DNA of 64,000 nucleotides from Polyangiaceae bacterium. GTDB taxonomy: Bacteria > Myxococcota_A > Polyangia > Polyangiales > Polyangiaceae. Location: NCBI GenBank assembly GCA_965222375.1, contig CBDCTZ010000009.1:224001-288000 (forward strand), written 5' to 3'. Both the position numbers and the translations under genes were made by a program. Positions 29,210 through 38,867 of the stretch are shown here, piece by piece. Each line of letters opens with the position of its first letter. Position 1 is the first letter of the stretch. The notes beneath the pieces were generated by a model, which did not search any database, had not been told where the DNA came from, and saw only the letters and a program-made list of their open reading frames with translations.

Positions 29210-30139
29210 TCAGGGCCTCGAAGCCGGTTTTGCTTTGGGGCCCTGGCTTTTTCGTACCTGACGCTGTAGCCGTTTTGCGGCGATCTTCTGCGCCGTGGGG
29301 CTCTGGTCGATGCCGGTCCAGACACGGCCCAGGTTCTGTGCAGCAACCAGAGTCGTTCCGGAACCGCACATCGGATCGAGCACCTCGCTCTCGGGCATGG
29401 TACTCGCTCGGATGATGCGCTCGAGCAGGCGCTCGGGTTTTTGGGTCGGGTAGCCCGTGGTTTCTGGATTCAAGGGCGTGTTGGCGCGCATCCCAGGGCA
29501 GTCGCTCCATACGCTCCCAATGCGTCGTCCCACGTCCGCATAGTAGCGATACGTCTTCTTTCCGATGGTTCGCTCGCGGTAGCGTCGCCCGTCGTCATCA
29601 ACTTGGGTGAAGTGCATGCTCAGACTGGTGTCCGCGTAGGGTTCGCGCAGCGCCTGGTCTTCGCTATTCCAGATCAGTCGCTTCGGTGCGTAGACCAGTA
29701 TGGTCTGGTGGGTCACGCTCGGTCCTTTGCGAGAGCGCGCGCCATTGCCGGGCACCCACACGATTTCCCCGCGAAACGCCCGCCGACCCAACACCCGGTC
29801 CAGCAGCACTTTTGTGTCGTGCACGGCGCGGTAGTCCAGGTGTACCCACAGGCTGCCCTGGGGCGAAAGCACTCGGGCCATGGCCTCGAGCCGCGGCGAG
29901 AGCATGCTCAAGAAACCATCCAGTCCGCCCCAGGCATCCCGATAGGCAAGGCGACCCTCGGAGCGCGCGCCCACCTTCTCACGTGCGCCTCGGCTGCCCC
30001 CGGCGTTGAAGGGTGGGTCGACGTAGATCAGATCGAAACGCCAACCGCCTTGCTCCAGTTCCGGAAGTCGCTCGAGGCAGTCCCCAGAAAGAAGCTGCCC
30101 GGCGCCGATGGCAGTCGTTCTAGGAAGGTTTCGGGCCAT
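29210..30139 (-). CDS. Site-specific amino (N6-A/N4-C) DNA methyltransferase, beta-class motif order
   Basis: GDCL, DLIYVDPPFN (motif IV), GYPTQKPERLLERII, VLDPMCGSGTT (motif I). ATG at 30139 overlaps the end of mepA. Confidence 0.9.
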   Translation of the reverse strand: MARNLPRTTAIGAGQLLSGDCLERLPELEQGGWRFDLIYVDPPFNAGGSRGAREKVGARSEGRLAYRDAWGGLDGFLSMLSPRLEAMARVLSPQGSLWVHLDYRAVHDTKVLLDRVLGRRAFRGEIVWVPGNGARSRKGPSVTHQTILVYAPKRLIWNSEDQALREPYADTSLSMHFTQVDDDGRRYRERTIGKKTYRYYADVGRRIGSVWSDCPGMRANTPLNPETTGYPTQKPERLLERIIRASTMPESEVLDPMCGSGTTLVAAQNLGRVWTGIDQSPTAQKIAAKRLQRQVRKSQGPKAKPASRP

Positions 30140-30968
30140 GGCTGAGCTCGATGAAGGGGTCGTCCTTGCCGAGTTCGCGAACTTCTGCGGCGTTGAGCCA
30201 AAAGGGCATCTGCACCAGCGGCAGCCACGGCCAGTAGGGGCCGCCCCCTTCGCAGCCCTGCAACATCTCGGCGGGCAGGCAGGCGATACGCAGATGGAAG
30301 TGGTCGTCGTGGGGCGAGCTGTCGCCGGGCTGCAGCAGCACGGTTTCTGCATGCCAAACCAGCTCCAGGTCTTCCCCCCGCGCGAGGGCGTAGTCGATCA
30401 AAAGGGCTTCGACTCCGCGGCTGACGAACAACCACTGCACTCCGATGTGTTTACTCAGCAGCAAGTTCTTAACCAGCAGCCAAGTCCGCTCCACGTCGAG
30501 GCGTATGAAACGCTCATCCTCTCCGATCTTGACCCGACCGAGGCCGTCGGTTCCCAGGCGCACGAAGCCTGGACTGCGAATGGGCGCGCCTTCCGGGGTG
30601 GTCACGTAGAAGAGCAGATCCGCATCGCGACCCGTGCGGTGCGAGCGGTGGCCGGGGATCTTTCCGCCATAGCGCGCGGAAATGTCGCCCACGAGCAAGG
30701 GAGCGCCACCGGGGCGCTGGCGATCTACTTGTGCGGCCACGCTGGTCAGCGCGCGAATCAGGCGCGGGTTGCCCCAGTAGTTTGGGCTCCGGGGACGATA
30801 GCGCCGAAACCCCGTGCCGCGCCGGGGTAGCTCCTCGCCATTGGTCAGCACGCCTGCGTGGGGTACACCGATGGACCCGCTGAGGGAAGGCGCCAACGGC
30901 GAGGGCGTGCCGATGCAGCCAACACACGACGCCAGCGCCAGCAGGCTCGCCGCAATGAGTCCTTTCAT
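30120..30968 (-). CDS. mepA: Penicillin-insensitive murein endopeptidase (MepA/M74-like)
   Basis: GSIGVPHAGVL, YWGNP.LI, VGDIS..YGG...GHRSHRTGRDAD, HDDHFHLRIAC. ATGA overlap with the plsB stop. Confidence 0.82.
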   Translation of the reverse strand: MKGLIAASLLALASCVGCIGTPSPLAPSLSGSIGVPHAGVLTNGEELPRRGTGFRRYRPRSPNYWGNPRLIRALTSVAAQVDRQRPGGAPLLVGDISARYGGKIPGHRSHRTGRDADLLFYVTTPEGAPIRSPGFVRLGTDGLGRVKIGEDERFIRLDVERTWLLVKNLLLSKHIGVQWLFVSRGVEALLIDYALARGEDLELVWHAETVLLQPGDSSPHDDHFHLRIACLPAEMLQGCEGGGPYWPWLPLVQMPFWLNAAEVRELGKDDPFIELSHGPKPS

Positions 30969-33601
30969 GATGGATCTCCCAGGTAGCCCGCGACTCGCCC
31001 CTCGATGGCGCGGACCGCACCCTGGCTCTGAAACGACTCCGCGAGGTGCAGCTTGCCATCTTCCCGGGCTAAGTACCCCTGCTCCAAGAAAGACAGAATC
31101 GCGTTTTCGAGGATGGGACGGGACACGGCTTCTCGCCGAGACAGCTCGCCTGCGAAAAACATTCGGTTGCCCATGCTGAGTGCCTTCTTCGTGAGGTCCT
31201 TTTGCGACAGGCGCCCTTTGAGCAGGAGCGTGAGAGCGCGCGCCGCGACCCGATAGCCTTCCAGGAAGTTCACGATGATCGACGCGTACAGCTCCAGCCA
31301 TTCGGCGGCGGGGATGCCGTCGTGGCCCGGGCCCGTATCGATACGCCCGTCATCGCTGCGCCGCAGCACGCCCGCGTCCATCAAAGCTCCCAGGGTGGTG
31401 TCGAAAATGACGTCGAAGGATGCATCGGCGTGAAAGCGAAACTCCAGCTTGAATAGACGCGATAGGCGTTGCACACGCTCCCGCAGTACGGATTCTTCCA
31501 CCGGTGGCCCAGGATCGACGGAGAGCGCGGTCGCCACCAGGGCGCGCTCCACGAAGAAGTGGATCACGGAATTCTTGGAAGCATCCAATACCAAGCGCTT
31601 GTTTTCCACTGGCGTGACGATGCTGTCCCGCTCGACGGGTATGCGGCTTCGGGAGCGCTTCTTCTCGCCCTCGGCGAGTTGTGCCGCGTGCACTTCGACA
31701 AGTTCAGCATCCCGAAACATCTCCACGGCTTCGCGAATGGCATCCGGGCGCAGGCTGCCCGAAGACGTGGCGGCAGATGGTGTGACCCGGGCTCCCAAAC
31801 GCTGCAGCACTCCCAAGAGCTGGCCGCAGCGAGCGACGAGTTCTTCCATGCTCAGTCCGCGCCGCTCGCTGGAAAGCAACGCCAGTGCCGTCAGGGAGCC
31901 AGGAGTAATTGCTGTCACCTTGTTGATTTCGTCCATCACCCGATTGCCCAGACGGGTGATCACCGCCCGGCGCCGGGCAGGACGCAGTTTTTCCCCAGCG
32001 TCGAGCCCGAGCTCTTGTCGGATCTGCGGCAACGTCAAGATCTCTCCGAACTGCAAGTTGATACGGCCATAGCGGTGGCGCAGGACTTCGGGCGTCTTCA
32101 GCAGCCCGGCGGCGTCCTCTTTTTCTTTTTCTCCACCCGTGAGCTCTCGCTGGTAGCTGGCGGCCTCGATCACGCGCTCGTAGCCGATGCTGACGGGCAC
32201 GAAGTAGGTCGTGCGTTGGGGCACCGCCACGGCTGCATCGACGATCATGGTGAGCAGCCCGTATTTTGGCGCCAGTAGCTTGCCCGTGCGGCTGCGGCCG
32301 CCTTCCAGAAACAACTCGATCGGATACCCGTCACGGATCAGACGCCGGATGTAGCTGTCGACGATGGCCGCATACAGCTTGTCCCCTTTGAAGGAACGGC
32401 GAATGAAGAACGCTCCACCGCGGCGAAAGATCGCACCCACGGGAAAGAAGTTCAGGTTGTCCCCGGCCGCGATCAGCGGCAGCTGCAAGTTCTCGTTGTT
32501 GAAGACGTAGCTGAGGATCAGATAGTCGATATGACTCTTATGGCTGGGCAGTAGCACCAGCGAGCCCTCTTTGGCTGCTTCGCGCACGCGTTCGATGTCA
32601 GCCTTGTTGTATTCGAGCCCCGCATAGATGCGGTGAAAGACCCGATGGAAGATCACCTCCATGCCCTTGATCGTCGCCATGTCCGGCGTGGCTTGGAGCT
32701 CCCGCAGCATTCCAAGAGCGCGGCCGGTGAGTACCGTGCGGTCCACGGGGCGTTCACCGGCCAGGTCTTTGATGGTCTTTTGCAGCTTGGGGGTGCGCAC
32801 GATTTCCAGTCGCACACGGTCCGGAGCCTTTTCGGCGGGGCCCACGATGCTACGCCGCACACGCTCCAGCCGACGCAGCAGCGAGTAGGTGACGCGCCGC
32901 GCCTGCACGTCCGCCGACACCTCGGCATTCTCCCTGCAGAACTCCGCCAAGTTGAGCGCTTCACCCGCTTTCAGGGCGACGTGGTTGTAGTTGTAGAAGT
33001 ATTGCCCGACGGTTCGCAGCGGCGTGGGCCACTCCCGAGGTCCGAGCACGAAGTCGAGGGGCCGGTTGCCTCGGGTGTCCGGCTCCTTGGTCCACACGAA
33101 CAGCTGCGGCACGAGTAGGATCGGGCGATCACTCGCACGCTGCATGGAGAGCAGCGTCTTGAGCAGATCATCGCCCTCTCGCATGCCGCGTCCGCCGCTC
33201 GCGCCCGTTGCCAGATCCAACGCGCCCGGGGGCCGCTTGAGAAAGAGCGCCGCTGACCCGCCGCGGGTCAGCGCATCCTTGAGCTCGTCGCCCGGCGTGA
33301 CATCACGTCGTGGGAATAGTGCATTGAGCCACCCCTTTCCCATGGGCGATAGCACCCACAGTCCAAGATCGTTGGCGAAGCGCACTTCCGGAAGTGCGAA
33401 GCGCTTGGTGAGATGGTCCAACGCAAAGAAGTCGACGAAGTTGAGGCTGCGCAGCACGTAGACGACGCTGCCTTGAGCGGAGAGCGCTCGGACGTTTTCG
33501 ACCCAGGCGTCATCGACCTGAATGCGATCAAAGACCCGCCGATACAGCGCGCGGAGCGCGATGTTGGGTTCGTAGGGCCGCGTCAGGTTCCGCTGAGGCA
33601 T
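30965..33601 (-). CDS. plsB: Glycerol-3-phosphate O-acyltransferase
   Basis: LPSHKSHIDY (HX4D), AAGDNL, GAFFIRRSF, FLEGGRSRTGK, VPVSIGYE. Confidence 0.9.
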   Translation of the reverse strand: MPQRNLTRPYEPNIALRALYRRVFDRIQVDDAWVENVRALSAQGSVVYVLRSLNFVDFFALDHLTKRFALPEVRFANDLGLWVLSPMGKGWLNALFPRRDVTPGDELKDALTRGGSAALFLKRPPGALDLATGASGGRGMREGDDLLKTLLSMQRASDRPILLVPQLFVWTKEPDTRGNRPLDFVLGPREWPTPLRTVGQYFYNYNHVALKAGEALNLAEFCRENAEVSADVQARRVTYSLLRRLERVRRSIVGPAEKAPDRVRLEIVRTPKLQKTIKDLAGERPVDRTVLTGRALGMLRELQATPDMATIKGMEVIFHRVFHRIYAGLEYNKADIERVREAAKEGSLVLLPSHKSHIDYLILSYVFNNENLQLPLIAAGDNLNFFPVGAIFRRGGAFFIRRSFKGDKLYAAIVDSYIRRLIRDGYPIELFLEGGRSRTGKLLAPKYGLLTMIVDAAVAVPQRTTYFVPVSIGYERVIEAASYQRELTGGEKEKEDAAGLLKTPEVLRHRYGRINLQFGEILTLPQIRQELGLDAGEKLRPARRRAVITRLGNRVMDEINKVTAITPGSLTALALLSSERRGLSMEELVARCGQLLGVLQRLGARVTPSAATSSGSLRPDAIREAVEMFRDAELVEVHAAQLAEGEKKRSRSRIPVERDSIVTPVENKRLVLDASKNSVIHFFVERALVATALSVDPGPPVEESVLRERVQRLSRLFKLEFRFHADASFDVIFDTTLGALMDAGVLRRSDDGRIDTGPGHDGIPAAEWLELYASIIVNFLEGYRVAARALTLLLKGRLSQKDLTKKALSMGNRMFFAGELSRREAVSRPILENAILSFLEQGYLAREDGKLHLAESFQSQGAVRAIEGRVAGYLGDPS

Positions 33602-33704
33602 GCCTGGCCATCATACTCGGTTGTCGCCGCTGTCATTTGCCATGCAACAGCCGCCCCGGCTCGACCCCGAGCCTAGGCGCTGGCTGCCGGACGAAAGCCC
33701 TGAT

Positions 33705-35108
33705 ATGCCGCCACGGATGCGGACTTTCCGCTGTGCAATCCTCACTGTGGTGGCCGCCGCAGCGCTGTCCTTCGGCTGCAAGAAGCGCTCGCCCGACGCT
33801 GCCCCCAGCGCCAAGAAACGTGAGCCCGAGGCCCCGAAGAAGGCCCCGCCCCGCTGTCAGGAACTGATCCCCGGGTCCATGCTCACCGTAGGCGACGTCG
33901 GGCGCCCCAAGAGTTCCGGGGAGCCCGACGCCTCCGCCGACGACCCGGACCTGCCCTTCGCGGTCGAAATGGGACAGGCCGTTTCCCACGCACACAGCTT
34001 CGTGGTCAGTGCGTTGCGCGCCAAGGGCGAGGGTACGATGGCGGTCATTGCCGTGGTGCCCCAAACTGGGCGGGGAGGTCGGGTGCTCGAACTCGGTGCC
34101 ACCCACGGCGATGTAGAGCCACCGCGTCTAGCCAGCCGCGGTGCTCACTTGGTCGCGGCGGTGCCGGATAGCGACGCCGGCGGTGGTGTGCTGCGTATGG
34201 CCAGTCTGACTCTGGGTGGCTCCTTGGGAGTGACCTGGGGTGGCGAAATCAGCGAGGGGCGCGACGCTTCGAAGGTCTTCGACGTCGAGCTGTCCAAGCA
34301 GCGCGGTGTCGTGGTCTGGGATGAGCTGGACAAGAAGAACGACCGCAGTGTCATCTCCCTGGCTAGTTTCGCTCCCAAAGATCTGGGCGCCATTTCGCCT
34401 TCGCGACGCGTTTCCAGTCCTGACGAAGACGCCGAGGCCCCCCAGCTCGCTTCCCGCCCCGGCGGCTTCTGGCTCTCATGGCTCAGCCGGGCGCCGATCG
34501 AGAAGGACGCGAAGAAGGAAAAGGCCGTGCCGACCAGCGGAGATGATCCATTGATCGCGTTCGGCGCGCGGCGGCTGATGCTGGCGCGGCTGGACGCCAA
34601 TGGCTCTCTGACCGGAGCACCCATCGCCGTCAGTGCGGGCCCTTCCCACGTGCTGGTCTACGATCTGGCCAGCAACGCCGATGGCAGTGCGCTCCTGGCG
34701 TGGCGGGACGACCCCACATCCCCTGGAGTGGAAGGACGCGCCGTGCACTTCGCGCGCGTCGACGGCGCGGGCAGCGTCTCGCGCAGCGCTGTTCAGGACG
34801 AGTCCATCGGTGCCGGAGTCCCAAGCTTGGTCGTTGACAGCGCTGCGCCGAAGGCCGGGTCCGCGACTTGGCTGTCCCTGGCGAGCGTGACCGACGAGAC
34901 CCAAGTGGCGGCCCTGACTACTTCGGGCAAGATCCGAGATCGCCTCGAAGCGGAACCAAGCATTCGCAGCGCCGAGCCCCTCGCCGCACGGGCTGGGCGC
35001 ATCCTGATTGGGCGACCACGGGGGCTCGCCGTGGAGCTCTCGGTGCTGCGTTGCAGCCCGGGTGCTTCGCTGCCGACGCTGCCGAAGGACCCCTTTGCAG
35101 AGAAGTGA
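33705..35108 (+). CDS. Hypothetical lipoprotein, possibly beta-rich
   Basis: LSFGC lipobox and repeated V/L-x-W-x-E/D strands. Start at 33705 or 33717. Confidence 0.65.
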   Translation: MPPRMRTFRCAILTVVAAAALSFGCKKRSPDAAPSAKKREPEAPKKAPPRCQELIPGSMLTVGDVGRPKSSGEPDASADDPDLPFAVEMGQAVSHAHSFVVSALRAKGEGTMAVIAVVPQTGRGGRVLELGATHGDVEPPRLASRGAHLVAAVPDSDAGGGVLRMASLTLGGSLGVTWGGEISEGRDASKVFDVELSKQRGVVVWDELDKKNDRSVISLASFAPKDLGAISPSRRVSSPDEDAEAPQLASRPGGFWLSWLSRAPIEKDAKKEKAVPTSGDDPLIAFGARRLMLARLDANGSLTGAPIAVSAGPSHVLVYDLASNADGSALLAWRDDPTSPGVEGRAVHFARVDGAGSVSRSAVQDESIGAGVPSLVVDSAAPKAGSATWLSLASVTDETQVAALTTSGKIRDRLEAEPSIRSAEPLAARAGRILIGRPRGLAVELSVLRCSPGASLPTLPKDPFAEK

Positions 35109-35120
35109 GGGAGGAAGACG

Positions 35121-35657
35121 ATGGGGAAAGTTGCAGTACTCTTGGCCGATGGCTTCGAAGAAATCGAGGCGGTCACAATCATCGACGTGCTGAGGCGCGC
35201 CGAACTGGAGGTCTCCGTGGCCGCCGTGGGCTCAGCGCTCGCCGTGGGCGCCCACGAGATCGCCATCAAAACCGACACGGATTTGGGGCAGCTGGACCCA
35301 GCCGTTCTAGATGCAGTGGTCTTGCCCGGTGGGCTTCCAGGGGCCACTTCCCTGAGAGATGAGCCTCGGGTGCTCGAATTGGTGCGTCGCATGCACGAGT
35401 CGCAAAAGGTCGTGGGCGCTATCTGCGCCGCTCCGATCGCCTTGGAAGCTGCCGGGATCCTCAACGGCAAGAAGGCGACGTCGTATCCCGGCTTCGAGCT
35501 GCCGAGCGCCGACTACCAGCAAGCTCGCGTCGTTCAGGATGACAACGTATTCACCAGCCGCGGCCCCGGCACCGCCCTCGAGTTTGCTCTGACCCTGGTG
35601 AGTCGCCTGGTCAGTCCCGAGCGTGCCGCCGACTTGAAGCAGCGCATGTTGGTCTAG
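35121..35657 (+). CDS. DJ-1/PfpI family (YajL/ThiJ-like) protein
   Basis: LADGFEEIEA, VLPGG, GAICAAP (nucleophilic Cys), TSRGPGTA. GGAGG RBS. Confidence 0.92.
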   Translation: MGKVAVLLADGFEEIEAVTIIDVLRRAELEVSVAAVGSALAVGAHEIAIKTDTDLGQLDPAVLDAVVLPGGLPGATSLRDEPRVLELVRRMHESQKVVGAICAAPIALEAAGILNGKKATSYPGFELPSADYQQARVVQDDNVFTSRGPGTALEFALTLVSRLVSPERAADLKQRMLV

Positions 35658-35676
35658 GTTGACTTCGGATTGAGGG

Positions 35677-35975
35677 TTTGGGTTTGGGGTCGAGCCCTGG
35701 GGCGGCCCTGGAGCCCTAATCCCGCGCTGCGCCAATACCTATCGCCTACACGTTCGTGTGGACAGGTAGACCCGGATTTGGTGCCCGCCGGGTGCTGACG
35801 CTGCGGCCCGGCTCGAGAGTAGTTACCCACCCGGCTTCGCCGGACCCACATCGAAGGAAACAGGCAATACTGCTGGGTGGTGGCAGAGAGGTCGAAGCCG
35901 CGATGGCGCCAGCGAGCCCTTCTGTTTCTGCCTAGTGGCTCTGACTGACCCAGGGCATGCGACCCCAAACCAAAA
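35677..35975. other. Self-complementary intergenic element (candidate structured ncRNA or MITE-like element)
   Basis: GGTTTGGGGTCG (35681-35692) / CGACCCCAAACC (35960-35971) and GCCCTGGG / CCCAGGGC close a region with several nested and internal stems. Confidence 0.5.
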
Positions 35976-35987
35976 TCGCCAAGCAGA

Positions 35988-37127
35988 TCAGACGTGGGGG
36001 CGGAAGCAGGCGACGCGGTGACGGCTTCCCTTTTCGAGTTCCTGCAGGGGTGGCGTTTCGGTGTCGCACTTGCCCTCTTCGGCGCGGGGGCAGCGGGGGT
36101 GGAAGGCGCAACCCGGAGGTGGGTCCATGGGGCTCGGGACGTCACCTTCCAACAGGACCCGAAGGCGGCGCTTGCTGGGATCAGGTACGGGGATCGCGGA
36201 CAGCAAAGCACGGGTGTAGGGGTGCAGGCGCTTTTCGTATAGCGACGCGGCGGGGGCGACCTCCACGAGCTTGCCTAGATACATGACCGCAACGCGGTGG
36301 CTCATGTACTCGACGACCTTGAGATCGTGAGAGATGAACAAGAAAGAGAGCTTGTACTCTTCCTGCAAATCCAGGAGCAGATTCACGATTTGGGCCTGAA
36401 TCGAGACGTCCAGGGCGCTGATGGGCTCGTCGCAGACGATGAACTCCGGGTCCACGGCCAAAGCGCGGGCAATCCCGATGCGCTGGCGCTGGCCGCCACT
36501 GAACTCGTGGGGATAGCGCTTCATGGCTTCGGGGCGGAGGCCGACGCGTTTGAGCAGCGCCTCGACCTTGGCGTCCTCTTCGGAACGGCTCTTGGCCAGC
36601 TTGTGGACCTGTAATGCTTCGCCAACGATGCGGCGTACCGTCATGCGGGGATTCAGAGACGAATAGGGATCCTGAAAGATGATCTGCATCCGACGGCGCA
36701 AGGGGCGCAGCTGCCGGTGGCTCATCGGGGTGATGTCTTGGCCGTCAAAAACGATGCGCCCGTAGGTGGGCTCGAGCAGTTTGAGCAAGGTGCGGCCGAG
36801 GGTGCTCTTGCCGCAGCCGCTCTCCCCCACGAGGCCCAGGGTTTCGCCGTGGCGGACATAGAGGGACACGCCGTCGACCGCGCGCACCAACTTGGTGCGG
36901 CCGAATAGGCCTTTCTTGACGGGGAAGAGCTTGCTCAGGCGCTCGACCTGAACGAGGGGGCGGCGTCGGCCATCCGGTGCGGCTCGTTCTTCCGCCGGCT
37001 TGGACTCTCGTTCCTCGGTCTTGGCGTCGCCTTCTTTCGGCGCTGCGGGAGGATCCCAATACACCTCGCTGCCGAGCGCTGCATCGGCCTTCTTGGCGCC
37101 GCTGGGCTCTTCTTCGCTATTGCTCAT
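35988..37127 (-). CDS. oppF: Oligopeptide/dipeptide ABC transporter ATP-binding protein (OppF/AppF type)
   Basis: [38 protein letters not shown]-terminal GC.FHPRC...VAC. ATGA overlap with the upstream gene. Confidence 0.88.
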   Translation of the reverse strand: MSNSEEEPSGAKKADAALGSEVYWDPPAAPKEGDAKTEERESKPAEERAAPDGRRRPLVQVERLSKLFPVKKGLFGRTKLVRAVDGVSLYVRHGETLGLVGESGCGKSTLGRTLLKLLEPTYGRIVFDGQDITPMSHRQLRPLRRRMQIIFQDPYSSLNPRMTVRRIVGEALQVHKLAKSRSEEDAKVEALLKRVGLRPEAMKRYPHEFSGGQRQRIGIARALAVDPEFIVCDEPISALDVSIQAQIVNLLLDLQEEYKLSFLFISHDLKVVEYMSHRVAVMYLGKLVEVAPAASLYEKRLHPYTRALLSAIPVPDPSKRRLRVLLEGDVPSPMDPPPGCAFHPRCPRAEEGKCDTETPPLQELEKGSRHRVACFRPHV

Positions 37128-38128
37128 GGCTGGGAATAGTGGCAACGGGAGGTTCGGCCCGGGCCGAACTCCAATAATAGAGGTTCGTCGCTGTCGCAGG
37201 CTTCGAATCCTTCGGGTTCGGACTTGCGATGGGCGCAACGCGCCACGAAGCGACAGCCTTTGGGCAGGTCCAGCAGATCCGGCACGACCCCTTCGATCGT
37301 CTGCAGCCGATTGCCTTGCGTCCGGTCCCGGGAAGCGTCCATGGGCGGCACGCTGGCCAAGAGCCCTTTCGTATAAGGGTGCTCTGGCGACGCGAACACG
37401 TCTTCGACTTTGCCGCTTTCCACGACTCGTCCTGCGTACATGACGACGACTTGGTTGGAGAACTCCGCGACCACCCCCAGGTCATGGGTGATGAATAGAA
37501 TACTCATGGAGAGCTCCGACTGCAGTCGGCGGAGTAGGTCGAGGATTTGCGCCTGGATGGTTACGTCCAGGGCCGTCGTGGGCTCATCGGCGATCAAGAC
37601 GTCAGGATCGCAGGACAGGGCCATGGCGATCATGACCCGCTGGCGCATGCCTCCCGAGAGCTGGTGCGGATAGGCGTCGACCCGTTCCTCAGGCGACGGA
37701 ATTCCGACGAGCTTCAGTAACTCCACGGCTCGCTTGCGTGCGGCAGAGCGCGAGAGGGGTTTGTGCAGCCGGATGGCCTCGACGATCTGAGATCCGACCG
37801 TGTAGACCGGGTTCAGGGATGTCATGGGCTCCTGGAAGATCATGGCGATCTTGGCGCCGCGGGTTTTCCGCATTTCGTGATCAGGCAGATCCAGGAGGTT
37901 CTTGCCGTCGTAGAGGATCTTGCCCTGCTCGATGACTGCAGGCGGCACGGGCAGTAGCCGCAAGATGCTTAGCGCGGTCACACTCTTGCCGCAGCCGCTT
38001 TCGCCGACCAACGCCAAGGTCTCCCCCTTGGGTACCTCGAAGGAAACGTCTTCTACCGCTCGCAAGCGGCCGCGATCTGTGTCGAAGGCGGTCGTGAGGC
38101 CGACCACGCTGAGCACCGCTTCGGACAT
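37124..38128 (-). CDS. oppD: Oligopeptide/dipeptide ABC transporter ATP-binding protein (OppD/AppD type)
   Basis: [50 protein letters not shown]. Confidence 0.88.
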   Translation of the reverse strand: MSEAVLSVVGLTTAFDTDRGRLRAVEDVSFEVPKGETLALVGESGCGKSVTALSILRLLPVPPAVIEQGKILYDGKNLLDLPDHEMRKTRGAKIAMIFQEPMTSLNPVYTVGSQIVEAIRLHKPLSRSAARKRAVELLKLVGIPSPEERVDAYPHQLSGGMRQRVMIAMALSCDPDVLIADEPTTALDVTIQAQILDLLRRLQSELSMSILFITHDLGVVAEFSNQVVVMYAGRVVESGKVEDVFASPEHPYTKGLLASVPPMDASRDRTQGNRLQTIEGVVPDLLDLPKGCRFVARCAHRKSEPEGFEACDSDEPLLLEFGPGRTSRCHYSQP

Positions 38129-38169
38129 GCGCCGCCGACGTTAGCACGCCGCCATAGCCACTTTCACCC

Positions 38170-38823
38170 TCAGCGCGAGTAGATTTCCAGGCGTGGCCCC
38201 CGGCCGCTCGCCACCCCAGTGGCAAAGCTGACGCCCGCGTCGCTGCCGGCACCCGCGACGACGGCGAGGGCTGGGTAGGCCTCTGGATGGGCCGCCAAGT
38301 AGGCAACAATGCGCGTCACATCGATTCGTAGCTCCGTCGGCGGACGAGGCCGGGCAATTCCCGAGGCGTGGGGGCGCACGAGCTTTGGACCGCGCACCCA
38401 GCTCAGTGCCGACTCGTCCCAAGGGTCAGCCATTCTCCAGGCATCGACCTCGATGTCGCCGATGCCTCGAGCGACGCCCTGTGCCGGCTCCAGAAGTAGA
38501 AAGGCAGCTTCCACGTTGTCCGCACTGATGCGCGGTCCGAACTCGAGCATGAGTCGAGTCGCGCCGCGGGCGTGGCTGCCGAAGGTGATCACCGTTGGCA
38601 GTGGACCGGGTTCTATCTCTGAGCTGACGACCGCCATGCGCGTGGGCTCGAGCACCGTGCGCGTGGACTTGGGCGAGACGGGCTCTCCGCCGGTGGGTAC
38701 GCATCGGTTGGCCAGGCACTCCATGCCCTCGCCGCAGACCCCGGCGGACATGCAGGGCGACGGTGTGGCTCGGCAAGCACCGACACCGAGCGCGATCATG
38801 AGGGCGGGTAGGCACCTACGCAT
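38170..38823 (-). CDS. Hypothetical lipoprotein with short Cys module and possible DNRLRE/CBM96-like domain
   Basis: VGAC lipobox; CMSAGVCGEGMECLANRC; WDESALSW...IDVTRIV...GPRLEI pattern. Confidence 0.6.
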   Translation of the reverse strand: MRRCLPALMIALGVGACRATPSPCMSAGVCGEGMECLANRCVPTGGEPVSPKSTRTVLEPTRMAVVSSEIEPGPLPTVITFGSHARGATRLMLEFGPRISADNVEAAFLLLEPAQGVARGIGDIEVDAWRMADPWDESALSWVRGPKLVRPHASGIARPRPPTELRIDVTRIVAYLAAHPEAYPALAVVAGAGSDAGVSFATGVASGRGPRLEIYSR

Positions 38824-38867
38824 GTCGTCACGCTACATAACACGCGCGCCAGCCCGACGTTGTAGGT

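Noticed and set aside
29210..30139. Restriction-modification or defence island
   Set aside because: No endonuclease, helicase or mobility gene is adjacent; the neighbours are envelope and signalling genes.
35790..35865. Hammerhead ribozyme inside the paired element (CTGACG...GAAA)
   Set aside because: The CUGANGA core is broken (CTGACGC) and the three-way stems do not fit.
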